From positions 1 through 36,880 of the IMG/VR virus record IMGVR_UViG_3300020045_014840: 36,880 nucleotides of DNA; one strand, written 5' to 3'. This stretch comes from a virus. Taxonomy: Duplodnaviria > Caudoviricetes. The notes beneath the pieces were generated by a model, which was not told where the DNA came from, searched no databases, and saw nothing but the letters and a program-made list of their open reading frames with translations. The position numbers and the translations under genes are program-made. Positions 1 to 6,920 of this stretch are shown piece by piece. How positions within the stretch are numbered: position 1 is the first letter of the stretch; every line of letters begins with the position of its first letter.

Positions 1-121
1 TGCGCCTATCCTACCGAGATGTCTTCCCCTCCAATCTCAAAATATTCTTTGAAGAGCAAAAACAATGGAAACCCTAAGATGGAGCGTAGATGCAAAAGCT
101 CTGGAAACTTTTACGACCTAC
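1..121 (+). repeat. Terminal direct repeat, copy 1
   Basis: tgcgcctatc...ttacgacctac identical to 36760-36880; most likely the assembler overlap of a circular contig. Confidence 0.97.
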
Positions 122-331
122 CGACACCTCAAACGATGGAACGCCGACATGCATGAAGCTTTAAAAGCTCTTCAGTTCTACCGGATGGTCAGGACTGCGT
201 TAAACACCCCTGGAATCGGTTTACTTGAGGTGACTAGGGGTCTTGATGGGGAAATCGAGGTAAACGTCTCTAATCGCAAATTAGAGGCCAAAGAAAGGAA
301 AAAGCGTTATGACCCCTGTTCCGTCGACTAG
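65..331 (+). CDS. Hypothetical early protein
   Basis: 88-aa ORF in a chain of overlapping + strand ORFs that continues across the circular junction from 34718. Confidence 0.7.
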   Translation: METLRWSVDAKALETFTTYRHLKRWNADMHEALKALQFYRMVRTALNTPGIGLLEVTRGLDGEIEVNVSNRKLEAKERKKRYDPCSVD

Positions 332-536
332 CCGAAAAGAAGGAAGGTCCCTGGAGTCGATTTCTTTATCCAGAAAGAATAAAATGTGGATATTGTGCAT
401 TCATACCCAGGAAAATAACATCATGCACACAGATGCGAGACAATTCGTCTTCAAAGAGGACGCCATAAAATTCTTGTACGCTCATTGCCTGGTAGTTATG
501 AACGGAGCTGACGCCTATGACCATCCCACAGATTGA
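309..536 (+). CDS. Hypothetical early protein
   Basis: 75-aa ORF overlapping both neighbours; Ser/Thr/Pro-rich N-terminus MTPVPSTS. Confidence 0.55.
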   Translation: MTPVPSTSRKEGRSLESISLSRKNKMWILCIHTQENNIMHTDARQFVFKEDAIKFLYAHCLVVMNGADAYDHPTD

Positions 537-747
537 AACCAAAGTGACGACCTCAAACTCCTGCAACCGATGGTTTTGCTGTTTTGGCTCTAAGTGTTGC
601 ACCAAGGAAGAAGAAGGGGACACGCCGAAGTCTGGCGAAAAGATCTCAGTGACTACGACTAAAACAGTTACGGAAGAAAAAACCACGAAAGTATATAAAT
701 CTCGACACTGGCATAGGAAGAAGAATGAGCTCAGTGAGTCCCGATGA
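517..747 (+). CDS. Small Cys-cluster protein
   Basis: 76 aa; GGAG upstream; SCNRWFCCFGSKCC motif followed by Thr/Lys-rich tail. Confidence 0.7.
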   Translation: MTIPQIETKVTTSNSCNRWFCCFGSKCCTKEEEGDTPKSGEKISVTTTKTVTEEKTTKVYKSRHWHRKKNELSESR

Positions 748-1036
748 TAAAGATCTTACCAAACTCCTATTAAAGTCCTGTAAAAAGATCGGACTTGATG
801 AAGAACTTTTCGCAGTCCTCTTAGCGTCCTATAATGCGGATAGGAATAGTTTAAAGAGCCAACTCGAAAAACTCATCCTGTTTATGATGGTGAAAGCTGC
901 TGCCTTGGCTCATGAAGCTAATAACGAATACAAAGATCCGATTGAATATTTAATTGTCCTTGTAAACCAGGGGGTATGGGTTCACAAACTAGCAAAACTA
1001 AGGAAATTACAAAATGACCCACGTATCTCCCGATGA
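725..1036 (+). CDS. Hypothetical protein, paralog of 1014..1262
   Basis: Shares VSPDD and LxMMxKAxxxAH...PIExL...G with the next ORF. Confidence 0.75.
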   Translation: MSSVSPDDKDLTKLLLKSCKKIGLDEELFAVLLASYNADRNSLKSQLEKLILFMMVKAAALAHEANNEYKDPIEYLIVLVNQGVWVHKLAKLRKLQNDPRISR

Positions 1037-1262
1037 TGTCTTTGACGTTGAAGATGCCGACAAAGCCCTGTCGCTCGTTCTTTTTGAAGCTTCCGAGAAA
1101 ATCCCCGTCGGCGTCCTTCTTCTCTTGATGATGACCAAGGCTTCTTTCATCGCCCATACTTTCCTAGACGACAGTGAAAACCCAATAGAAGTCCTTGGAA
1201 ATCTGCTGGATAAGGGGATATTCATCGACATGCTTCAAAGGAAGAAATATGAGAAGCTTTAA
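1014..1262 (+). CDS. Hypothetical protein, paralog of 725..1036
   Basis: AGGA upstream; shared motifs with previous ORF. Confidence 0.75.
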   Translation: MTHVSPDDVFDVEDADKALSLVLFEASEKIPVGVLLLLMMTKASFIAHTFLDDSENPIEVLGNLLDKGIFIDMLQRKKYEKL

Positions 1263-1365
1263 CGAATGGCTCGACTGGTACGAGAATCTCAATCCGTACG
1301 AACCTCCCTATCTTGACCCTCCGGACAAGGAAGGCGATGAGGAAGAGGATTTTGAGGAAGACTAA
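1249..1365 (+). CDS. Small acidic protein (38 aa, not in ORF track)
   Basis: MRSFNEWLDWYENLNPYEPPYLDPPDKEGDEEEDFEED; AAGGAAG upstream; fills the gap to the convergent J-domain gene. Confidence 0.6.
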   Translation: MRSFNEWLDWYENLNPYEPPYLDPPDKEGDEEEDFEED

Positions 1366-1880
1366 GGTCCTCTTTTATTTCTAAAAAAATCCCTGACTGC
1401 CGCGCCTCTTTTTTCTTTATCTTGCCAAAGCTTCAAGTCAATCTTAAACCCAGTAATAATATTTTCAATCGCCTTCAACTGAGCATCGGAAAGATTTCTT
1501 CCTTGGGACAACTGATCCAAACAACTCTCTACAAAAGTAGCCCTGAAAGCAGGATGTGTAAGAGCATAAGCTAAAATACTTTCCAATTTTACAACAACTT
1601 CTGGATGGGGCTCTTTTTTCTTCCTAGGCCATTGATGTTTAGTGGATGCGTCATAATTTCTTCTGGACGAAGGATCGATGAGAGTTTCGTAAGCTTCTCG
1701 CATCTTCTTATAAATTTCAGCATCTCCACCTACATCGGGATGGTGTCGTTTCGCCATCTTCCTAAATGAAACCTTAATCTCATCAAAAGACGCATCTCTT
1801 TCTACCTCAAGGAGAGCGTAAAAATTAATTCGTGGTTTTATATTATCAAACAAAGCCCCTCCCCCATTCTCCTCCATCAT
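1362..1880 (-). CDS. DnaJ (J-domain) protein
   Basis: NFYALLEVERDASFDEIKVSFRKMAKRHHPDVGG...EAYETLIDPSSRRNYD, canonical J-domain with HPD motif. Confidence 0.92.
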   Translation of the reverse strand: MMEENGGGALFDNIKPRINFYALLEVERDASFDEIKVSFRKMAKRHHPDVGGDAEIYKKMREAYETLIDPSSRRNYDASTKHQWPRKKKEPHPEVVVKLESILAYALTHPAFRATFVESCLDQLSQGRNLSDAQLKAIENIITGFKIDLKLWQDKEKRGAAVRDFFRNKRGP

Positions 1881-2247
1881 CAGCCCAAGTCGTTCTTCGT
1901 AAATACCCTTTTTCTTTCATGGCATTCAGCGTGGAAGAAAGATTTCTCGAAAATTTATCGTGAGGTTCTTGAAAGGATAAATAGTAGCAGCACCTATCTT
2001 TCAAATAAAAGTTACAACATAAGAATTCTTTTACTCGCTTCTTCGTTCGAATATCCCCCACCCAAGGCTTAGGCATGTAAACGGTCTCAGAATCCTGGAC
2101 CTCCAATCGCAATTGGAGATCATCCTCTTGAATCAGAAAGATCACATTATTTAGCACTTTGATAAAGTGAGTGCTATTTTTATCCATATCCGGATGGGGA
2201 CCGGAAGAACGGTCGGAAGATTTCCTAGAAGGGGCATCAAACTGCAT
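1846..2247 (-). CDS. Hypothetical protein in the replication operon
   Basis: 133-aa ORF overlapping rep and the J-domain gene; GAGG upstream. Confidence 0.65.
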   Translation of the reverse strand: MQFDAPSRKSSDRSSGPHPDMDKNSTHFIKVLNNVIFLIQEDDLQLRLEVQDSETVYMPKPWVGDIRTKKRVKEFLCCNFYLKDRCCYYLSFQEPHDKFSRNLSSTLNAMKEKGYLRRTTWADDGGEWGRGFV

Positions 2248-3148
2248 CAGAACCTCTCACCCTAACCCCAGTCCACTTAATCAATATCTCTAGAAAAGCT
2301 TCCTCAGGAAGATCCAATGACACCGAATCCCCTGATTCTTGGTTAGTTACGGATGCTTTATAGATCAAGAGGATATTCGCCTTTCCAAGGCAATTTTTAA
2401 TCTTGATAGCCGTTTCTAGGTTAGCTTGAATACGAGCCCCGTTATTCTTGGAAGGGTTCCTCTTAGCCCAAATTTTATCAAAATTTCTCCTCAAACCATC
2501 CGCAGACTGGAGAACGTTAACCCAGAAAGGGTCATCTTCAAAGGCATATCGGATTGCCTCCATTAGGTCTTTAAATGCCCTACAATCGATTTTCATAGCC
2601 TTATCCATGTCCGAAGCCCAATTTTCAATTTTAGGCCTTTTAAAGGCAGGATGAGAGGCTAGGATGCGTTTCTCTAACTCTTGGGCAAGTTCTAAACCTT
2701 CTTTTGAGAAGCCAGTCTCTCTTCTCCCACTTTTTGAAGGGGGAGGACATAGACTATTCTCTCCACTATTCTCTCCTCTATATGACGCATCGCCTTGAGG
2801 GGGGTGCAGGTTTCGACAGGGGGGGGTGTTGTTTTGTTCAGGGGGGGGTGTTGTTTTGTTCAGGGGTGAAATTTTTAAAGAAGATCTTAAAATCCTCTTA
2901 TTTCCATCCCTTAGTTCCATTTTCAAAAGTCCCTGTTTTCTAAGCCTCTCCAGTCCTACTTGAAGGGCTCTTTCTGAAACCTGCATGACCTTCACTAGAT
3001 AGGCATTAGAGGCAATACATCCGGTGTCTGGATGGTCTAGACTATCGATCTCGGCCCATAGCACCTTATCAAAGGCACTTAACTCTGGGTGCAGCCATAT
3101 TTCTCTGGGAATCCATATCCCTTTAAAGGCGCGTGGCAAATCTTCCAT
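2237..3148 (-). CDS. Phage replication initiator (lambda O-like, N-terminal winged HTH)
   Basis: FKGIWIPREIW..ELS..DKVLWAEIDSLD...GCIASNAYL N-terminus typical of phage initiators; central Pro-rich linker encoded by tandem repeats; AGGAG SD. Confidence 0.85.
   Translation of the reverse strand: MEDLPRAFKGIWIPREIWLHPELSAFDKVLWAEIDSLDHPDTGCIASNAYLVKVMQVSERALQVGLERLRKQGLLKMELRDGNKRILRSSLKISPLNKTTPPPEQNNTPPCRNLHPPQGDASYRGENSGENSLCPPPSKSGRRETGFSKEGLELAQELEKRILASHPAFKRPKIENWASDMDKAMKIDCRAFKDLMEAIRYAFEDDPFWVNVLQSADGLRRNFDKIWAKRNPSKNNGARIQANLETAIKIKNCLGKANILLIYKASVTNQESGDSVSLDLPEEAFLEILIKWTGVRVRGSDAV
2817..2866. repeat. 22-bp tandem iterons, putative replication origin
   Basis: CAGGGGGGGGTGTTGTTTTGTT x2 exact (2817-2860) plus partial CAGGGG, inside the rep gene next to an AT-rich tract. 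Confidence 0.8.
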
Positions 3149-3161
3149 AAACGTTTTTCTC

Positions 3162-3233
3162 CTAATGTTTTACGTAAACATTATTTAGGGTTGTGATAAA
3201 TCGGGAGGGTATTTTAAGATGACTGATGTCCAT
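3162..3233 (-). CDS. Putative rep leader peptide (23 aa, not in ORF track)
   Basis: MDISHLKIPSRFITTLNNVYVKH; AAGGA 10 nt upstream; its TAG overlaps the rep SD (TAGGAG). Confidence 0.5.
   Translation of the reverse strand: MDISHLKIPSRFITTLNNVYVKH
3191..3220 (+). promoter_or_regulatory. Putative sigma70/66-type promoter antisense to the rep leader
   Basis: TTGTGA-N18-TAAGAT, directly upstream of a + strand terminator. Confidence 0.45.
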
Positions 3234-3292
3234 AAACGACATTTCCTTGATGGGTCGCTTTCTTTGAAGCGGTAAGCGGCCCATTCTTTTTT
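3226..3292 (+). ncRNA. Putative antisense small RNA controlling rep
   Basis: Bounded by promoter-like motif and intrinsic terminator; 5' hairpin ATGTC-CATAAAC-GACAT; no + strand ORF here. Confidence 0.5.
3250..3292 (+). terminator. Rho-independent terminator, opposite to flanking genes
   Basis: Stem ATGGGTCGCTT / AAGCGGCCCAT (one G-U) followed by TCTTTTTT. Confidence 0.75.
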
Positions 3293-3335
3293 CAAGGATG
3301 GTGTATACGACAAATTTAAGATTTAAAGCATCAAC

Positions 3336-3722
3336 TTAAATTAAACTCTTGTCTAATCCATTGATGTTCAATACATAAGCCGATCCCCTTCTGGTGAAAG
3401 GGATCATCCTCTTCCTAATCAGATAGTAAATTCTCTGTGGAGGGACACCTAGTTCATTCGCTAGCTGTACCGGTGAATAGAGCCCCTTCTCAGCATCAAA
3501 GACTCTCTTACCCTTCTCATCTACTGTATTCAGACGGTTATAGAGCATCTCCTCATATTCATAGACATCGTGGATATCTACAAACCAGTGCTTCTCTCTC
3601 TTTTTAGCTTTGAGCCTTCCTCGGCGAATAGCCATGTAGATCGTCTGCGGGTGAACTTCGCGGTATTCGGCAACTTGTTTGACTTTCATCATAGTGATAA
3701 ATATTTTACATGGCAGGCGCAT
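3336..3722 (-). CDS. euo: EUO-like tandem HTH transcriptional regulator (chlamydial early upstream ORF homolog)
   Basis: QTIYMAIRRGRLKAKK, WFVDIHDVYEY, FDAEKGLYSPVQLANELGVPPQRIYY, RRGSAYVL match the Chlamydia EUO motifs as I recall them; start may be 3692 (MMKVKQ). Confidence 0.85.
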   Translation of the reverse strand: MRLPCKIFITMMKVKQVAEYREVHPQTIYMAIRRGRLKAKKREKHWFVDIHDVYEYEEMLYNRLNTVDEKGKRVFDAEKGLYSPVQLANELGVPPQRIYYLIRKRMIPFTRRGSAYVLNINGLDKSLI

Positions 3723-3903
3723 ATCTTAAAAGACAATCATGCTCCATCTCCACCCAGATCATGCCGCAGTCCTGGCACTCAAGGACATCTTTGTAGACCA
3801 CCTTAAATCTTCCTTCCTTTAATCTGGACTTACACTTAGGACAACAGTCATGTCTCTTAAAATCAGTGGACTTATGCTTCAGGCTACGAGAATGGATCTT
3901 CAT
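3706..3903 (-). CDS. Zinc-ribbon protein
   Basis: CPKC...CQDC; 3' end abuts/overlaps euo; start uncertain. Confidence 0.55.
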   Translation of the reverse strand: MKIHSRSLKHKSTDFKRHDCCPKCKSRLKEGRFKVVYKDVLECQDCGMIWVEMEHDCLLRYAPAM

Positions 3904-4341
3904 GCTAAATACCCCTTGTTTGGAAAGCGGAAGACGATAGGGTATAGGAAATCTTTTAGCAATGCTAAATGGGTAGAGATCGGAGGCCAGTGCATCTACG
4001 CCAGGTCTTTATGGGAGGCCAACTACGCCAGGTATTTGGAATGGCAAAAGGAAAGAGGTTACATAGTTGACTGGCTTCACGAGCCCAAGACCTTTTGGTT
4101 CGAAAATATCAAGAGGGGCGTAAGAAGCTACCTTCCCGACTTCAAGGTGATTGAGACGCCAGAGAAATGGCACTGGGTTGAAGTGAAAGGATATATGGAT
4201 GCCAAATCAAAGACCAAACTGACCCGGTTCAAAAAGTACTATCCTAAAGAGCGCCTCGTCCTTATTGATGAGACCTGGTTCAGGCGCAATAGTTCTAAGA
4301 TAAGACTGATTATCCCAGATTGGGAAAGGGGAAATGTATGA
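3850..4341 (+). CDS. PD-(D/E)xK endonuclease (DUF1064/TnsA-like; possible resolvase)
   Basis: RSLWEANYARYL...W.HEP..F...YLPDF...WVEVKGYM; true start probably downstream (e.g. 3892). Confidence 0.8.
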   Translation: MSLKISGLMLQATRMDLHAKYPLFGKRKTIGYRKSFSNAKWVEIGGQCIYARSLWEANYARYLEWQKERGYIVDWLHEPKTFWFENIKRGVRSYLPDFKVIETPEKWHWVEVKGYMDAKSKTKLTRFKKYYPKERLVLIDETWFRRNSSKIRLIIPDWERGNV

Positions 4342-4430
4342 AATGGGCGGTGTGCTTTATCCTGCTTTGCTGTGCTGTGTCGGTGGCACTGTATGTAAAT
4401 TGGAAGGTGAATGGGATGGATGAGGAATAG
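4338..4430 (+). CDS. Small single-TM peptide (30 aa, not in ORF track)
   Basis: MKWAVCFILLCCAVSVALYVNWKVNGMDEE; ATGA overlap with upstream stop; overlaps the tail of the opposite-strand HTH gene. Confidence 0.4.
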   Translation: MKWAVCFILLCCAVSVALYVNWKVNGMDEE

Positions 4431-4626
4431 GCGGCTCTTCCCTTCGGATGTCTTCTATAGACTTGACATTCCCCTTGGTAAACCTTTCTACATGGTAGAG
4501 CGCCATCTTCCCAGGCTTCCTGTACCCAGAGATCCAGTGATGGATATAAGCGCGATCGTACCCTATCTTCCTGGCCAGCTGACTGATCGAGATGCGGTTA
4601 TGGTATAGCCAAGTCATTAATTTCAT
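4357..4626 (-). CDS. Cro/XRE-like HTH regulator
   Basis: MKLMTWL...ISISQLARKIGYDRAYIHHWISGYRKPG...VERFTKGNV, typical Cro-like HTH; divergent from the recombination operon. Confidence 0.85.
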   Translation of the reverse strand: MKLMTWLYHNRISISQLARKIGYDRAYIHHWISGYRKPGKMALYHVERFTKGNVKSIEDIRREEPPIPHPSHSPSNLHTVPPTQHSKAG

Positions 4627-4633
4627 ATGAGCC

Positions 4634-4674
4634 TGTGGGAAGGTGTAGACATAAATCAGGGCCTATGCTAACAT
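4634..4674 (+). promoter_or_regulatory. Conserved phage promoter, copy A
   Basis: TGTGGGAAGGTGTAGACA-N17-TAACAT with extended -10 TG; similar to 33789-33829 and 34671-34711. Confidence 0.7.
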
Positions 4675-4697
4675 AAGTCCACTTTAAGAGGCAACCT

Positions 4698-4871
4698 TTG
4701 AAACGTGACCCTTTGACTCTACACCAAAAGATTCTCATCGTACTGGCCCTAGCCATCATAACTTTGGTCTTTGTCTATCTCAGCTATGAACATTTTGAAT
4801 TCATGAAACAAGCCGAAATCTTAACTTTAAAAATCCAAAAGGAGTTAACCAATGGAATTTCTACCAAGTGA
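4698..4871 (+). CDS. Single-TM small protein (57 aa, TTG start, not in ORF track)
   Basis: AAGAGG SD; KILIVLALAIITLVFVYLSY hydrophobic helix. Confidence 0.6.
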   Translation: MKRDPLTLHQKILIVLALAIITLVFVYLSYEHFEFMKQAEILTLKIQKELTNGISTK

Positions 4872-5613
4872 CTATGAAAGTCCCAAGAGCAATAGTAATT
4901 ATTTTAAACTGCAAGACGGAGAGAACAAGATCCGCATCCTCAGCCGCCCTATCCTAGGATGGCTAGACTGGAAGGACAAAAAGCCTCTCAGATTCCGGAT
5001 GAATGCCAAACCTACCCATTCCATCGATCCTAATCAAGCCGTCAAACACTTTTGGACGATGATCATCTGGGACTATGCCCAGAAAAAGATTTGCATCTTT
5101 GAGATGACGCAGGCGAGTATCTGGAAAAGGATCGAGACCTTGTCAATTGATGCAGACTGGGGCGCCCCTTATAGGTATGACCTCAAGATTACGAAGAGCG
5201 GCTCGCAGAAAGACACCAAATACACGATCTTACCTGTCGCTCCTAAAGAGATCTGGCCAGAGATACGAGATGCCTTTAAAGAGCTTCCTATTGACCTTGA
5301 AGAGCTATTCAAGGGAGGAGACCCGTTCAACGGTGTACAGAGGACCTTGGGCTTCTGGGAGATCCCCTCCGCTATCTCTAAAGAAATGAACACCGAGATT
5401 AAGGGAGAGTGTGTTTCTAAGGAAGAAGCTCAAGAGATAGAGGACACTATCGAAAGGGCGATCAGTCCTTATGACAAGGATTGGAGAGCAGCAGCCTTGA
5501 GAGCTTTCAAGATCGACAGCTTTGAGAAGCTAGAAAAAAGGCTCCATGACTTGATGATTAAGCGGATCGATGAGAAGAGGGAAAAGATCCTCTCCGAAGA
5601 CGTGCCCTTTTAA
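4852..5613 (+). CDS. Putative ssDNA-binding/annealing protein
   Basis: YFKLQDGENKIRIL...YDLKITKSG..KDTKY phage SSB-like motifs; acidic-aromatic C-terminus EDVPF; next to the exonuclease; AAGGAG SD. Confidence 0.7.
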   Translation: MEFLPSDYESPKSNSNYFKLQDGENKIRILSRPILGWLDWKDKKPLRFRMNAKPTHSIDPNQAVKHFWTMIIWDYAQKKICIFEMTQASIWKRIETLSIDADWGAPYRYDLKITKSGSQKDTKYTILPVAPKEIWPEIRDAFKELPIDLEELFKGGDPFNGVQRTLGFWEIPSAISKEMNTEIKGECVSKEEAQEIEDTIERAISPYDKDWRAAALRAFKIDSFEKLEKRLHDLMIKRIDEKREKILSEDVPF

Positions 5614-5665
5614 TGGAAAACCCCATCCTTAAAAAAGATGGGGTGCGCAAAACTTCGATAGGACA

Positions 5666-6577
5666 ATGAAGAGAACATTTATGAGCGTAAAAGAAGAACC
5701 AAAAAAATACAAGCTTATCGAGCTTATTCAGAGAAGCCCAGAATGGCTTAACTTTAGAAAAGGGAAGATCGGAGCCTCCCAAGTAGGAGCTATCCTAGGC
5801 GTAGATCCTTTCAAGACAGCTCTCCAACTCTGGACGGATATCGTCTTTGATCGGAAAACTCCTGTAAATAGCGCCATGCAACGGGGGATCGATGGAGAAG
5901 ACGGAGCTCTAGAATGGCTGAACAAGGTAGAAGACTCCGTAGATTTCGATAGCTTTTATCCGGCAGTTTTACAGTCAGTGGAATATCCATTCCTCATTGC
6001 AAGTCTGGATGGGTTTAGAGAAAAAGACATTCAGGCTGTAGAGATCAAATTCCCAAGCAAAAAGGTCCACGAATATCTTTTGGAAACTGGCAGACCTCCC
6101 GAAAGATACATGCCGCAGCTCCAATTCCAAATGTATATCGGCGGCTTTGACAAGATGTTCTACCTGTCATGTTTTCAGGACGAGAAGGTTTTGAGGGTGG
6201 TTGAGAGAGACCAAAAATTCATCGACGAGATGATCCCTGAAATTTTGGCCTTCAGAACCTCTATAATCGATTGTAAGCCTCCAGAACCTGTTGACAAGGA
6301 TGTAATCCAGATAGACGATCCTGAGGCTGTTCTGAAAGCCGAAAGATTCATCGAGCTGGATCGGTTGATCTGGGAGCTGTCACAGGAAAGGGATGCGCTG
6401 AGGCTGGAGATGACGGAGATGGCGAAGTATCAAAAGGTACAGATCGGAGCCTTGATGCTTTCAAAGGTGATTCGGCCAGGGAATGTGAATTGGGAGGCGG
6501 TAGAAGCCTTGAAGGGGATCGATCTGACGGCGTACAGGAAGAGTCCAATAGAATCTTGGAGACTTTCTTATGAGTGA
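5666..6577 (+). CDS. YqaJ / lambda-exonuclease family protein
   Basis: QRSPEWLNFRKGKIGAS...AMQRG...ASLDG...VEIK...QLQFQM. Confidence 0.93.
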   Translation: MKRTFMSVKEEPKKYKLIELIQRSPEWLNFRKGKIGASQVGAILGVDPFKTALQLWTDIVFDRKTPVNSAMQRGIDGEDGALEWLNKVEDSVDFDSFYPAVLQSVEYPFLIASLDGFREKDIQAVEIKFPSKKVHEYLLETGRPPERYMPQLQFQMYIGGFDKMFYLSCFQDEKVLRVVERDQKFIDEMIPEILAFRTSIIDCKPPEPVDKDVIQIDDPEAVLKAERFIELDRLIWELSQERDALRLEMTEMAKYQKVQIGALMLSKVIRPGNVNWEAVEALKGIDLTAYRKSPIESWRLSYE

Positions 6578-6824
6578 ATGGATATCGGTTAAGGAAAAAC
6601 TTCCAGAGATAGATAAAAAAGTTTTAGTTTTCGACAATGAAATCGAAGATGATAGAGAAAAGTTAAGCTGTATTTACATAGGGTATTACAATCCTAAATG
6701 CGGCTATTCCACTGGATGGAGAAATGACGACTTGGGGCCTCTACATGTCACTCATTGGATGCCATTACCAGTCCCTTTTCCTGAAAAAACACCTACGAAA
6801 CGTTGTCCTTCATGCGGAAAATAG
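6570..6824 (+). CDS. DUF551 family protein
   Basis: MSEWISVKEKLPE...VLV...VTHWMPLP. Confidence 0.9.
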   Translation: MSEWISVKEKLPEIDKKVLVFDNEIEDDREKLSCIYIGYYNPKCGYSTGWRNDDLGPLHVTHWMPLPVPFPEKTPTKRCPSCGK

Positions 6825-6920
6825 GGTGATTTGAAGGTTTTATGAGAAAAAATCTCCTAAACGTTAGAAATCGTGTCTCTTTTTGACTTATTCTTGTAGG
6901 TTGGATGAGAAAAGACAAGC

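Noticed and set aside
2817-2866. CRISPR-like array
   Set aside because: Repeats are contiguous with no spacers and lie inside a coding gene
5613-5669. 18-codon ORF and ACCCCATC/GATGGGGT hairpin between the SSB-like and exonuclease genes
   Set aside because: Too short to support; no + strand U-tract, so not called a terminator
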